64,000 bases of DNA from an uncultured virus (IMG/VR IMGVR_UViG_3300038318_000302) (lineage: Duplodnaviria > Heunggongvirae > Uroviricota > Caudoviricetes). This document shows positions 18,192 through 28,487 of this stretch, piece after piece. Location of the stretch: the IMG/VR virus record IMGVR_UViG_3300038318_000302. One strand, given 5' to 3'. The notes beneath the pieces were generated by a model that was not told the DNA's origin, did no database searches, and saw only the letters and a program-made list of their open reading frames with translations. The number at the start of each line of letters is the position of its first letter. The stretch's first letter is position 1. The position numbers were made by a program, and so were the translations under genes.

Positions 18192-18563
18192 CTAAGTGTC
18201 TATAACTTTGAATTTATTTTCGACTAATGTTTCCATTATCTTTTCAAATCTTTTATCTCTTTCTTCTTCTGTTTCAAACCAGACAGATATGTTAACTTTG
18301 GGAATAAACTTAGTTGGTTCTATACCCTTGTTTATTGTTATACCATATTGAAATCTCGCTCTAGGCTTTTCTATAAATCTGGTATCCTTTTCAATGCTCT
18401 CAATTCCACGAAGTTGTAATACTACTCCAAAGTCTTTTAAATAAATAACTGAAGTTAAACAAACTTCTTCTTCAGTATCTTCTTTTTCTTCTTTTGATTC
18501 CTTATCATTGATATTTTTTGCTTTCCCACTCTCTTCTGGAATTTGACTTTCTCTTACTTTCAT
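18192..18563 (-). CDS. Hypothetical protein
   Basis: 123-aa ORF. Confidence 0.6.
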   Translation of the reverse strand: MKVRESQIPEESGKAKNINDKESKEEKEDTEEEVCLTSVIYLKDFGVVLQLRGIESIEKDTRFIEKPRARFQYGITINKGIEPTKFIPKVNISVWFETEEERDKRFEKIMETLVENKFKVIDT

Positions 18564-18654
18564 AATCTTCTGTATTTTAGAATCTCTATAACTGTATTCA
18601 TTTCTTTTAATTTTTCTGTATATTGATAAAAATCTTAATTTTCTGTAAATTTCT

Positions 18655-18824
18655 AACTCGTCAGGGAAGCCCCCCTTAGGGAGGGTAAAAGGTTCGATAA
18701 CTTCGTTATCTCTCCTTACCCTCCGACGAGTTTTACTTCGTAAAACTCTTTATTATTATATATATATTAAAAAGAAAAATTATAATAAAAAGAAAAGTCA
18801 TAGTCTTCGATACGCGTATACGCG
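18655..18824. other. Structured non-coding locus (nested hairpins, AT-rich tract, palindrome)
   Basis: Inverted repeats at 18655-18662/18725-18732, 18680-18688/18716-18724, 18696-18710 and 18728-18748; palindrome CGCGTATACGCG at 18813-18824. Confidence 0.6.
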
Positions 18825-19084
18825 AGAGAAAGAATATTATCAATTTTTCATTTTAGGCGAAATTTTTGGTGCTAGAGAGTCTTTTCTCAGATAATGTATA
18901 ATTTTACTATTTATCGAAATAAAGATTGGAGACGGCATTTCCAGTGGTGGGTTTTTAATTTTACGATTGCTTACTCTTCGTAGTCTTCTTCCTTCTTAGT
19001 TCTATTTATCAATTTCATAGGAGTTTTAGATAATGCTATATCAGTACCAGTAATAGCATCCATCATTTTCTTAGCAAATTCTTT

Positions 19085-19531
19085 TCACTCATTCTTTAAT
19101 AATTTCACGTCTTTAAAGTGTTCAACTAATTCTTTAGCAGTTGCTTTATGAACAACTGTAGTTCTAAATCCAAACTCCCTATTCCATGAGTCTAAATCCG
19201 CTTTATGAAGCATACAATTTTTCCATGTATTTACATTGGTAAACCATTGATTAACATCACTATCATCCCTCAACGCAGCCAAGGCGAGGAACAAATCCTC
19301 ACTCTTTCCGCAATCGATAACTTGAGATTGATCATAATAATTGCAACATTTATTATCACGTGGTGCATAAAATGGATAACTATCAATCAAATCTTCATCT
19401 CCTTCACAGACGAGCAAGCATTCCCCTTCATCTTCCTTATCACTCCTGTTCATTGAACGATAGCCTATCTTCCTAAGTTTTTCTCTTAACTCAGGAGTAT
19501 TCTTTCTAATAAAACACGGTTGCGTATACAT
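19085..19531 (-). CDS. Conserved Bacteroidota phage hypothetical protein
   Basis: 'PCFIRKNTPELREKL..IGY', 'FLALAALRDDSD..QWF', 'HKAT..EL.EHF'. Confidence 0.65.
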   Translation of the reverse strand: MYTQPCFIRKNTPELREKLRKIGYRSMNRSDKEDEGECLLVCEGDEDLIDSYPFYAPRDNKCCNYYDQSQVIDCGKSEDLFLALAALRDDSDVNQWFTNVNTWKNCMLHKADLDSWNREFGFRTTVVHKATAKELVEHFKDVKLLKNE

Positions 19532-20192
19532 AATCTACATTTTTATTTCATTAAACATTTTTGAACTAATTACCTTCTTTTCATCAGGAGTTAACTCTTT
19601 ATAATCTTCCACATCATTAAGAGAATACTCTAAATGTTTAACAGCTGCTAATAGATAATTTTTATTACCCATAATTTTGTTAATGTTAATTTTCATTTTA
19701 AATTCCTTTCTTTATTTACAATATTTGTTTAAAAATTCATTAAGTTCTTTATCATTAAGGTCTGTCACTTCCTTATTCTTTAGATAATATATTCCAACAT
19801 AATGCTCTAACTCTTTAAAAATTTTTCCTCTATCAACACAGAAACTAATTCTATAATATCCATTATCTAAATAATTTAAAAAGTTATTTTTATCTTTTGA
19901 TAATTTTCTTAGTTTCCTTATAATCTCTTTCTTTTCCATAATATTATCCCCATATTACGTGATTAATAAAATCAATAATCTTATCCCAGAGTCCAAATAA
20001 CGGGAATAGAATTAGGACCATTACTAGTATAATTAATGCTAACCATATTAAGCAGCTCCAGATAGCTCTATAGGGTTGTACGAGGGTATATTTACCGAAG
20101 TGACCGTTCATTACGGCTAAAAACCCTGTTAAAATGGTAATAAGTTTATTCATGACATTTTGCCCGTTACTCCGATAGCACAGAATTAAATT

Positions 20193-20684
20193 TTATCTAC
20201 CAATTAATTCTTTTCTTATCTTAAGAAAAGAGCGACTCTTTCTAGCGCCAAATAATTTTGATGCTTTATGTATAGCTTCAGACCTACATTCATTAGACCT
20301 GTCTACCCATGGCAAACAAGTCCAAGCGCAATTACAGTGATTCCACACTGTTCTTTGGGACACATCCATAATCTTAGCAATTTCAGAATAGGTTTGCCCC
20401 AAACACATCCTTAATGCTTGTTGAATTGCACAGGCTCCTGATTTTTCACCCTTTAGCTTTACCATAATCTTATTTTTTTTAAGTTTAATATTATTTTCTT
20501 CTACAAATATAACATTTTCCTTGTCCTTTCTCGCCATACCAGCACATGGCGGAATATTATAATCTACATCACATTCTCTCCTTTTTTCAAAAACGCATTT
20601 TCGACAAGTAAATGTGTTTACAATCCGTGATTTAATTTTTTTGCCCTTATAGACAAATTGATTTTCATTCATAGATTTTTCCAT
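20193..20684 (-). CDS. Cys-rich domain fused to a helix-turn-helix
   Basis: 'C..C.F....C......C...R.D..NVIF' plus 'TYSEIAKIMDVSQRTV'. Confidence 0.55.
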   Translation of the reverse strand: MEKSMNENQFVYKGKKIKSRIVNTFTCRKCVFEKRRECDVDYNIPPCAGMARKDKENVIFVEENNIKLKKNKIMVKLKGEKSGACAIQQALRMCLGQTYSEIAKIMDVSQRTVWNHCNCAWTCLPWVDRSNECRSEAIHKASKLFGARKSRSFLKIRKELIGR

Positions 20685-20842
20685 AATTTTTTATTTTTTA
20701 AGTTCTATATATTTAATTTCTACAGTAAAGATACTACTTATTTTCCAACAGACAAAATTTTTATCAATATTTCTTTGGTTTTTACCAATAATTTAACTTC
20801 TATTAATAAAAAATGGAGAAATTTAATATAATTTCCCCATTA
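20685..20842 (-). promoter_or_regulatory. Regulatory cassette, copy 3
   Basis: Conserved TTTG...TATCTTTA blocks, leader and hairpin. Confidence 0.78.
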
Positions 20843-20863
20843 ATCTAGCATCTTAATTGAATT

Positions 20864-21385
20864 CTAATACTCTCCGTTATTTAATTGAGTTAATGCGTTC
20901 TTCTGTGCTATCGAGAACATTGTAATCTTATCCCAATCCTCTTCAGAAATTATTTTTATTCCTAAATTTGTAAAATCATATGCACAAGTTGTTATCTCTG
21001 TATTAAATCCTAATACCGTATATTGTAATTGCTTTAAAATTATTGGTATTTTAATTTTGATATTCTGTAATGTAGATATTGATATTTCTATTGCTACTAT
21101 CTTTTGTCTAGAATCTTTATCTTCATTAGCAATAACTCTAGATATACTAATTACAGTTTGAATATTTTGATTATGAATATTCTCCGGAAAAGAAATCTTT
21201 TTAGGAGAACCATCTAATCTACATCTTATTGACAAACTATTAGGATTGGGCAATAATTCTAATAGTTTTAGAACATAATGTTTTGGTAGAAGTATGCTAC
21301 AATTATTTATTATTTGCTGCTCTTCAACAGAATGCTTTTTGAACATTCTTTTTATTCTTCTTATAAAGCTATTTATGATTTTCAT
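20864..21385 (-). CDS. Hypothetical protein
   Basis: 173-aa ORF with ATGA overlap. Confidence 0.55.
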   Translation of the reverse strand: MKIINSFIRRIKRMFKKHSVEEQQIINNCSILLPKHYVLKLLELLPNPNSLSIRCRLDGSPKKISFPENIHNQNIQTVISISRVIANEDKDSRQKIVAIEISISTLQNIKIKIPIILKQLQYTVLGFNTEITTCAYDFTNLGIKIISEEDWDKITMFSIAQKNALTQLNNGEY

Positions 21386-21900
21386 AATTTCATTTTTGTA
21401 AAATCTTCTACATCAATATAATCAATTCCAAAATTCTCAGCAGTCTTCTTATCAGAATCAGAAAATTGTCCTTCCTTTCCTGAAGCGTCTCCAATCATAA
21501 TAGCTTCATACTTTTTAAAGATAGTATCACCTAAAGATGTCTTATAAAAGAAATCTAGCATTCCTACATTAGGCTTTCTATCTTTATCGTTCTTATCTAA
21601 AGATGCACAATATTTCATACATACTGGAACATTAGTATATCTTTGTAAGGCATAAGCAATAGTCTTTATCTTAGTTTCAAAATCAGTTTTACTAATATAT
21701 TCAGGAATTCCTCCTTGGTTTGTAACTATTGCAATAAATCGTAATGATACTTTATCATTAAATTTCTTAATAGCTTCAAAAACTTCTTTTCTTATTCTGA
21801 AATCTGTGAAATCTTCTGGAAACGTTTTACCAGAGGCGGTCTTTATTAAAGTTCCGTCTAAATCAAAGAATAGTATAGTTTTACTTTTAAAATTTATCAT
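21382..21900 (-). CDS. HAD-family polynucleotide 3'-phosphatase-like protein
   Basis: 'FFDLDGTLIKT.SG', 'TNQGG', 'RKPNVGM', 'IGDASG....FSDSD'. Confidence 0.85.
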   Translation of the reverse strand: MINFKSKTILFFDLDGTLIKTASGKTFPEDFTDFRIRKEVFEAIKKFNDKVSLRFIAIVTNQGGIPEYISKTDFETKIKTIAYALQRYTNVPVCMKYCASLDKNDKDRKPNVGMLDFFYKTSLGDTIFKKYEAIMIGDASGKEGQFSDSDKKTAENFGIDYIDVEDFTKMKL

Positions 21901-22105
21901 ATTAATTCCTCCTCATCTTTCCATACATAATAACAATCAGATTTTCGATATTCTCGTTTTCCTACATAAGTATCATCTCCAAATTGAACAACTCCTTTGT
22001 CTCCTGCGGAAATAAATTTAGAAATTAAAATTAAAGCAGATTCTTTGGATATAAAATCTCCGTAAATTTTAATATGTATTCCTATTGATTTCATTTTATT
22101 CATAA

Positions 22106-22783
22106 TCATCTACTCTTAATATATTGAAAACATTTGTTCTTATTCTCAATACACTCTATTGCTTGATCTTTATTTCCACCTCTATCTGGATGAACTTTTA
22201 ATATCTTTTCGTGATATTTTTGCATAAGTTCTTCTTCGGAAGCTGTTGACGTTAATCCAAAATATATAAAAGAATCCTCTGGAGCTACTACATCATCAAA
22301 TAAATTACCAAACATTGAATTTCCAAAACTTGATGAAAAGAATTCAAAATAAGCTGCAAATCCTTCTAAAATTCTCTCATGAAACTTCCTATCAGCTTCT
22401 TGTGTTTCTTTTTCCCATTCTTCTTTCCATTTACGTTCACGAGCTTCTTTTATTTCTCTTTCTTTTCTTTCTGATTCCTCTTTAAATTTTCTTTGTTTTA
22501 CAAAAGTAGGACACACCTTATTTTTCATAGGAACTATTATAGTGGCATAAAAATAATTCCATAATCCGTCTGATAACCCATAAGGAATTTTCTTAGAAAT
22601 AGAATCCCACTTTTGTTTTATTACATCGACAGAATCATCAAAAATATTTGCATCATCAGGCTTGTCAAATAGTTCATAAGTAGCAAAAAGTTCTTCGGCT
22701 AACTCTCTCAAAAATTCCTTTTGCTTAGACTTATCAAAACCGTTTTGAAAATTAAATTTCTTAATATATTCTTTAGGTTTCAT
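22106..22783 (-). CDS. Protein with C-terminal J-domain
   Basis: 'FGL...A...EL..KY......HPDRGG'. Confidence 0.75.
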   Translation of the reverse strand: MKPKEYIKKFNFQNGFDKSKQKEFLRELAEELFATYELFDKPDDANIFDDSVDVIKQKWDSISKKIPYGLSDGLWNYFYATIIVPMKNKVCPTFVKQRKFKEESERKEREIKEARERKWKEEWEKETQEADRKFHERILEGFAAYFEFFSSSFGNSMFGNLFDDVVAPEDSFIYFGLTSTASEEELMQKYHEKILKVHPDRGGNKDQAIECIENKNKCFQYIKSR

Positions 22784-23243
22784 ATTATATTTTTTTTACA
22801 AGTTATTTATCAATCCAATTATCTTCATAATCAAGGCAATCACACTTTTCTGAATGATAAGATTTCTTTTTATTAAAAAATTTCATAATAATTATTTAAT
22901 TTGATAATTTAAAATTATAATTCTAAAACCCTGTTTTTTAACACTTTTATTATTTTATCTGAAGGTCTTATTTCATTTTTAGTAGAGATAAAATCATTCT
23001 CTATGCCATTAACCATATCTGAAAGTTTACTTAGATTATCCCAATTATCTAGAATATAAGTTGCAGCCTGTTTATCAATTCTCATTTGAGCCTTTTCTGA
23101 CTTTGGAGCTAATTTGTTTATCTCTTGATAGGCTTCGTCATTGAGAAACTTAATTCTCTTATCTATAACAGTATTAATCATAATCCTTTTATTTTTTAAT
23201 TTTATGAAAGACTACATTTGTACAATCCGGTCTAGCCGTACTT

Positions 23244-23411
23244 TTACCAACCTCTATTATCTGTGGCGTAGACTTCTTCATCATTTACATACACTATTAG
23301 ATTTGTTTTTACTTCATCTGGATCTACATAAATATCAGATTCTACTTCAAATCTAACTGCTCCGGATTTAAGTAAATCCTTAAACAAGCTTTTAAATTCT
23401 TTCTGTGTCAT
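23244..23411 (-). CDS. Small hypothetical protein (55 aa, not in ORF track)
   Basis: MTQKEFKSLFKDLLKSGAVRFEVES... begins immediately after cassette copy 4. Confidence 0.6.
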   Translation of the reverse strand: MTQKEFKSLFKDLLKSGAVRFEVESDIYVDPDEVKTNLIVYVNDEEVYATDNRGW

Positions 23412-23562
23412 AATCTTTATTTTTTAAGTTTATATTTAATTTCTGAAGTAAAGATACTAACTATTTTCCAATAAATAAAATTTTTTCCAATAAATTATTG
23501 GTTTATCGTTAATATTTAACTCTTATTAATAAAAAATGGAAGAATTTAACTCATTCTTCCAT
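23412..23562 (-). promoter_or_regulatory. Regulatory cassette, copy 4
   Basis: Conserved blocks plus tggaagaat/attcttcca hairpin. Confidence 0.78.
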
Positions 23563-23587
23563 AATCTTTATATAAGAATAATCAGTC

Positions 23588-24613
23588 TCATATAATAGCA
23601 GTTCTTGTCGTTCCTATTGTAAAATAAAGATGTGTTCCATCATATTCTAATAGTCCATCTACGGCAGTTGCCTTTAATGTCGTTGCTTCTAATTTTAAGG
23701 AACTTAATGGCATAGGCTGTGCACCTGCTCCACTATTTAAAGTATTAGCCGCACCTACTCCAGTTGAAGCATAACTAACCGCCGAATACATAAAGACTCC
23801 AGCTCCGCTAATAGGAGTAACAGTAGAGGTCAAAACGCAAGCGAATAGAAGACTTATTCCGGTCGAGTTGGTAACTAAACACGGGATTCCCCCAGACGTC
23901 GTTAAGGCAACTAATTGTCCTACATAATAAGCTGAATTTGCCACGATAATCTGTCCTGATACTACATCACTAGTATGAGTAAATCCGATAGCTCCATTAA
24001 TCGCTAAAGCAATATTCGCCGTATTATCCATATAGAATGTAAATCTATTAGCAATAACCGCTCCCTTTGCAGTTGATTCAGAATAAAAACATCTAGCTGT
24101 ACTTCCTGATGTCCCAACGTAACAAGTTCCGTCTTCTAAAGATATTCTAGAAGACGCATTAGTATTGCTATAATAGATAGCATCTCCACTACCAGAATAG
24201 ATAGATGCCTTAGAAAACTGTAAATTCTGAGCACCTGTACCTGAAAATGTTAATGTAACTCCTGTTGTACTATTTAAGACAACGTGCGTTATTGAAACCG
24301 TTCCTGTAAAATTAGCGATATGATTACCAACGATAGTCGTACCAAATTTTATTGAAGATGTAAGATTTACGGCTGCCTTAAATGATATATTTTCTGTATA
24401 AGTTCCTGGAAATATAAATACAGTAGTCCCAGAAGTAGCTGCATTTATTGCTGCTTGAATTGTTAAAAATGGTCTATCGGCAGCTCCGTTATTAGAGTCA
24501 TCACCATTTTTAGACACATAAAGATAATTTTGTGGAGCAACGGCTCCTGCTTGTATCTTAGATACTGCTGAATCTATATCCGCTCCTGCGTGAGAACTAA
24601 CATAATCTGACAT
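23588..24613 (-). CDS. Putative fibre/spike protein with pectin-lyase-like beta-helix
   Basis: 'YVSKNGDDSNNG...PFLTIQAAINAA..G..VFIFPGTYTENI'; fibre-type N- and C-terminal segments. Confidence 0.65.
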   Translation of the reverse strand: MSDYVSSHAGADIDSAVSKIQAGAVAPQNYLYVSKNGDDSNNGAADRPFLTIQAAINAATSGTTVFIFPGTYTENISFKAAVNLTSSIKFGTTIVGNHIANFTGTVSITHVVLNSTTGVTLTFSGTGAQNLQFSKASIYSGSGDAIYYSNTNASSRISLEDGTCYVGTSGSTARCFYSESTAKGAVIANRFTFYMDNTANIALAINGAIGFTHTSDVVSGQIIVANSAYYVGQLVALTTSGGIPCLVTNSTGISLLFACVLTSTVTPISGAGVFMYSAVSYASTGVGAANTLNSGAGAQPMPLSSLKLEATTLKATAVDGLLEYDGTHLYFTIGTTRTAII

Positions 24614-24614
24614 A

Positions 24615-24818
24615 TTATTTTACTTTAAATTGATAATCTTCCTTAGTCTTGAAATCTTCTGAATCTGAAGTTTTTAAATTGTAATAAGTAGGTTGTACTC
24701 TTAACTTAAAACCGTCAGAGGTAATAAATGAAGAATCATCAGATGTTTTAAAATATTGAGTGTATTTCTTCTTAATGTTACAAAAGGGCTTCCCTAATTT
24801 TCCTAAAAATCCTATCAT
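24615..24818 (-). CDS. Small putative virion-associated protein
   Basis: Repeated 'KTSD...F.T.DG' motif, adjacent to the fibre-like gene. Confidence 0.45.
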   Translation of the reverse strand: MIGFLGKLGKPFCNIKKKYTQYFKTSDDSSFITSDGFKLRVQPTYYNLKTSDSEDFKTKEDYQFKVK

Positions 24819-25081
24819 ATCATTATATTAAGACTACCAGATATAATAAATACTTGTTCGCCATCTGGAACAAAGAAATATTCTGTTTCTCCATCATTTA
24901 GAACAATCTCAGAAGAAGGTTGACTTGCTAACCTAAATGAAGTGTCTCCAATAGCCTTTAATCTAACTATATTACCCTCAAGATTTTCACTAACAAGTCC
25001 AGCACTAAATGTTGAACCAAATCCAATTCTTAGCACTTGAACGGCTCTAGAATTAGAATCAATTGTAATTATTTTGCTCAT
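24815..25081 (-). CDS. Hypothetical beta-rich protein
   Basis: Start placed at MSKIITID after an A-rich leader. Confidence 0.5.
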   Translation of the reverse strand: MSKIITIDSNSRAVQVLRIGFGSTFSAGLVSENLEGNIVRLKAIGDTSFRLASQPSSEIVLNDGETEYFFVPDGEQVFIISGSLNIMI

Positions 25082-25382
25082 TGTATATAAGTTATTAATA
25101 TTTATATCAATATAATAACTGAAACTATTAACGAAAAAGAGAAGTATCTCAATAAGATACTTCTCCATCAAGTTTTATATGATCAGTACTTTTTATTTCA
25201 TTAAATCTTCTACTTTCACATTATTAAATGATTCTGTTATATCATGAATCTTTAATGAATCTATTCTCTTATACTTCTTCGATAAATCTATAAAGACATG
25301 CTCTTTATCCTTTGAATCTATTACTTCTTTAATTTTTCTAATTGGCTCATGGGCAGATTCTCTTGAACCGAAAAATTTTACT

Positions 25383-25994
25383 TTAAATACTGGCATCTTT
25401 AATTTCTTTAATTTTATTTATTATTTTATCATGATAATCTATATTTGCCGTTGGATTATGTAATTTTATTGCCTTTTCTATTGAATGATTCGGATTATAA
25501 TAGTCTTGCAATATTCCAAACATCTGTAATGATTTTACAGAACTATATCTATCGTTTAAATGATATTTGTCTCTTCCTAAGATTCTATTTACCTCTTTTA
25601 CATACACCGGAGTTATCTGTAATACACCAACATCATCTTTAGTTCCTACTGCATTAGAATCTCCTCTACTTTCAACTTGAATAAGGGCTTTTATAAATGT
25701 TTTCCATTTATCATAAGTTTTTTCTTTGACTAAAACTGTTTTACAATGAATTGCAGAGCCGTAATAACTTTTGTTAGTTTCGCTACTGCCTACAACTATA
25801 GAGGGGATTATCAACAATACTATCGTTATTTTTCTTCTATACTTTTTAATTAATAGACTTACTATTATAAGAATACATACTATACAATCTACAATTTTAT
25901 TTATCTTATCTTTCATTTGTTCATCTTTTAGGACATGTTTTAAATATACATAACTTTCCCGTCTCTTTGCAAAATGCTCTTTCTGTATTATCAT
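25383..25994 (-). CDS. Lysozyme-fold muralytic enzyme with N-terminal hydrophobic segments
   Basis: 'ALIQVESRG', 'GVLQITP', 'HN'; start uncertain. Confidence 0.75.
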   Translation of the reverse strand: MIIQKEHFAKRRESYVYLKHVLKDEQMKDKINKIVDCIVCILIIVSLLIKKYRRKITIVLLIIPSIVVGSSETNKSYYGSAIHCKTVLVKEKTYDKWKTFIKALIQVESRGDSNAVGTKDDVGVLQITPVYVKEVNRILGRDKYHLNDRYSSVKSLQMFGILQDYYNPNHSIEKAIKLHNPTANIDYHDKIINKIKEIKDASI

Positions 25995-26107
25995 CTATTT
26001 TTTTTAGTATAATAGAAGGACATCTTTCACTATCTTTTGTCCATTCAATCACTTTCTTCTGATTCTTTGATTCTGAGAATCTATTCTTTTTCTTTCTTTC
26101 CATAATT

Positions 26108-26561
26108 TTATCTTTTAAAGAATATTTTATAAAAACCTTGATATTTTAATATTTTATTGTCTTTCAAGAATTTTCTTATAAAATCTAAAGGACAATGCCA
26201 CTTTAAATATTTTACGTCTTTCCTTGAAAATTCCGCTATCTTAATCTGACAATCCCTTATCCATTGACTTTTATTGTCCAGAGAATTATTATCATCGTAC
26301 CAGATTTGAATTAACTTCTTATCTATATTTTCATTTCTATTGGTTTTATCTATCAAATTCTTATAAAGGTCTATATGCTTAATTACAGCAGTCTTATAAG
26401 CTCTTTCTTTAAAGAATTCAAAGTCCTTCTTAGTTATTCCTATAAAAGATAATTTCAGTAAAAGAGAAGGACGGTATTTTTTGGCACCATTCTGTTAAAA
26501 CGTAATAATCATTATAAAAATTAGTAAATAAATTCATTTTCTTTTCTATTTTCTTCATCAT
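26108..26561 (-). pseudogene. Hypothetical gene interrupted by a one-base frameshift
   Basis: Span is 454 nt (3n+1); removing one base from the T6 run at 26477-26482 joins MMKKIEKK...EWCQK to YRPSLLLK...FFKR. Confidence 0.55.
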
Positions 26562-26857
26562 TCTAAATTTAAAAATAGAATATAGTTGCTTCACAGTAAC
26601 TATATTCCTTGCTTAATCACTAACCCTCAAAAACAAAAGATTTACTCAAAAATCTTAAAAACCTCACCTTATTTTGTTTTGACTTCTTAACTTATCTATA
26701 ATTGATTTCTGCTTTAATTGACGAAGCGACTGTATATAATCATCGTCATAATTGAATCCCTTACTCAATAATTTCTTACAATTATCATATTGTATCTTAT
26801 CAATATAAGACATCTTAAATGGATAATTTAATGAAATTAAGATAACTTTTCTTATTG

Positions 26858-27361
26858 TCATAATCTTTCTCTTTCGAATAGAAGTTTTTCAGTTACCATT
26901 TCTTTATCATCAGCGGGCATATCTTCTAGTTTCCCCGTCAATAGAAGAAGAGCCGTTCTTTTGGATACTTTATTCCCATAATAATGAAAACATGATCTAG
27001 AAGAATTAATTATTCTATCTGATATTCTATCAATTAATAATTTTTCTTCCTCTTCCGTTGTTATATAAGGAAGACAATATTGTGGCGGTACTAACTGCCA
27101 ATTTCCTGAATAGTCTTTTACATTAAATCCTCTATTTAAACATTCGTTATAAATCAACTTATAACGATTATATGTAAAAAGAAATTTATTCATAAAGAAA
27201 AGGACATGTCCCTTGCCTAGGCAGAACTTTGTGGGGATAGGTATAACTTTCCCCTTATGATTGAAGAGTATTCCCGGCAATCTTTTTATTTCTCTATGTT
27301 CTGCTAACAGATGTTCGTCGGTCAAGAACTTCACCGGAATAGCACTATTAATTCTTGTCAT
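26858..27361 (-). CDS. denV: Pyrimidine dimer DNA glycosylase (T4 endonuclease V-like)
   Basis: 'MTRIN', 'LTDEHLLAEHREIKR', 'LGKGHVLFF', 'EC..RGF'. Confidence 0.9.
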   Translation of the reverse strand: MTRINSAIPVKFLTDEHLLAEHREIKRLPGILFNHKGKVIPIPTKFCLGKGHVLFFMNKFLFTYNRYKLIYNECLNRGFNVKDYSGNWQLVPPQYCLPYITTEEEEKLLIDRISDRIINSSRSCFHYYGNKVSKRTALLLLTGKLEDMPADDKEMVTEKLLFERERL

Positions 27362-27926
27362 TAACTAAGAAATTATTATTTTGTCAAAATTAACATTCAA
27401 CTTTTCGTCAAGATTAAATACCTTAACACTTCCCCTATTTCTCCAAGAACTTATTTTAATTTTCTTATAATCTTCATTTGTAAGATCTGTTACGTTATCT
27501 GGTTCTAATAAATAATTAGTTCCGTTTACTGTAACATCATTAGACTTTGTAAAGTCTACTTTTACTCCTTCTATTGAAAAAATTTTCTCCATAACCTTTA
27601 ATTTTTAAATGTTCTTTTTCTTTATTATATCGTAAGCGTTGCTATAATTAATCATTTTAGACTTAGCATATTCTATCTGTGCTTTTAATGTCCCATCTAC
27701 CCAACAAGAATCCTTTAATATTTCTTCGTAGTCTTTAGGGTGATTGTTCATTGTCTCCATTACCCTACTTAAATATCTTTGATATTTAATTCTCTTTAGA
27801 TTAAGGCTAAATAAAATCTTATCAACCTTAGCCTTCTTATCTATTTTAGCGAAAGTTTCTTCACCCATATCTATTCCATCTGATAGCATCTTCTTACCAG
27901 TAGAATAAAAATTTTTAAGACTATTT

Positions 27927-28487
27927 TTATTTTTCATAATCTCGAATTTTTTCTAATTCCCATATTTCATCAATGCCCGAATAACCAATTAATTCGGCAA
28001 AAGGATAACGTATTATCTTCTGATAATGGGGGTTGGGATCAAATACTATATTTGCGTTTTCATCGCACAAAACTAGATGTTTTGTTTGCATAGGAATACT
28101 AATATTATTCTTATAATAATCAAGTGAAAAAACGGAAGCAAACATAATTTTATGACCTTGTATTGGAACTCCTCCGGCTATTTTTAATGTTTGTGAAGAT
28201 ATTAGCGCATCAGTTTTAAATTCTTTATCCTCAAAACACGATTCAATAGGAAATACAAGATATTTTTGATAGATATAATTGTAAAGAGAATGACCGAATT
28301 TATATCCTTCTTTTTGCAAGTCACATATGAAAGAATTATACCATTCCGAACCAAGTTCGATAAAATTCGGAACATCTTCATATTTTTTATCAAACAAGGT
28401 GCAGAAGCAGCATTTCATACAATCTCCATGATGTTGCTCTATCTTCCTTTGATAGACCTTGTGCGGAAATAAATCATTATTTTCCAT
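27927..28487 (-). CDS. Hypothetical protein, possible papain-like fold
   Basis: 'Q....GDC..CC', later 'HLV' and 'FDPNP'. Confidence 0.4.
   Translation of the reverse strand: MENNDLFPHKVYQRKIEQHHGDCMKCCFCTLFDKKYEDVPNFIELGSEWYNSFICDLQKEGYKFGHSLYNYIYQKYLVFPIESCFEDKEFKTDALISSQTLKIAGGVPIQGHKIMFASVFSLDYYKNNISIPMQTKHLVLCDENANIVFDPNPHYQKIIRYPFAELIGYSGIDEIWELEKIRDYEK

Noticed and set aside
18971..19087. TGA read-through extending ORF 19085-19531
   Set aside because: The downstream in-frame segment has its own ATG and is more simply a separate small ORF or a remnant
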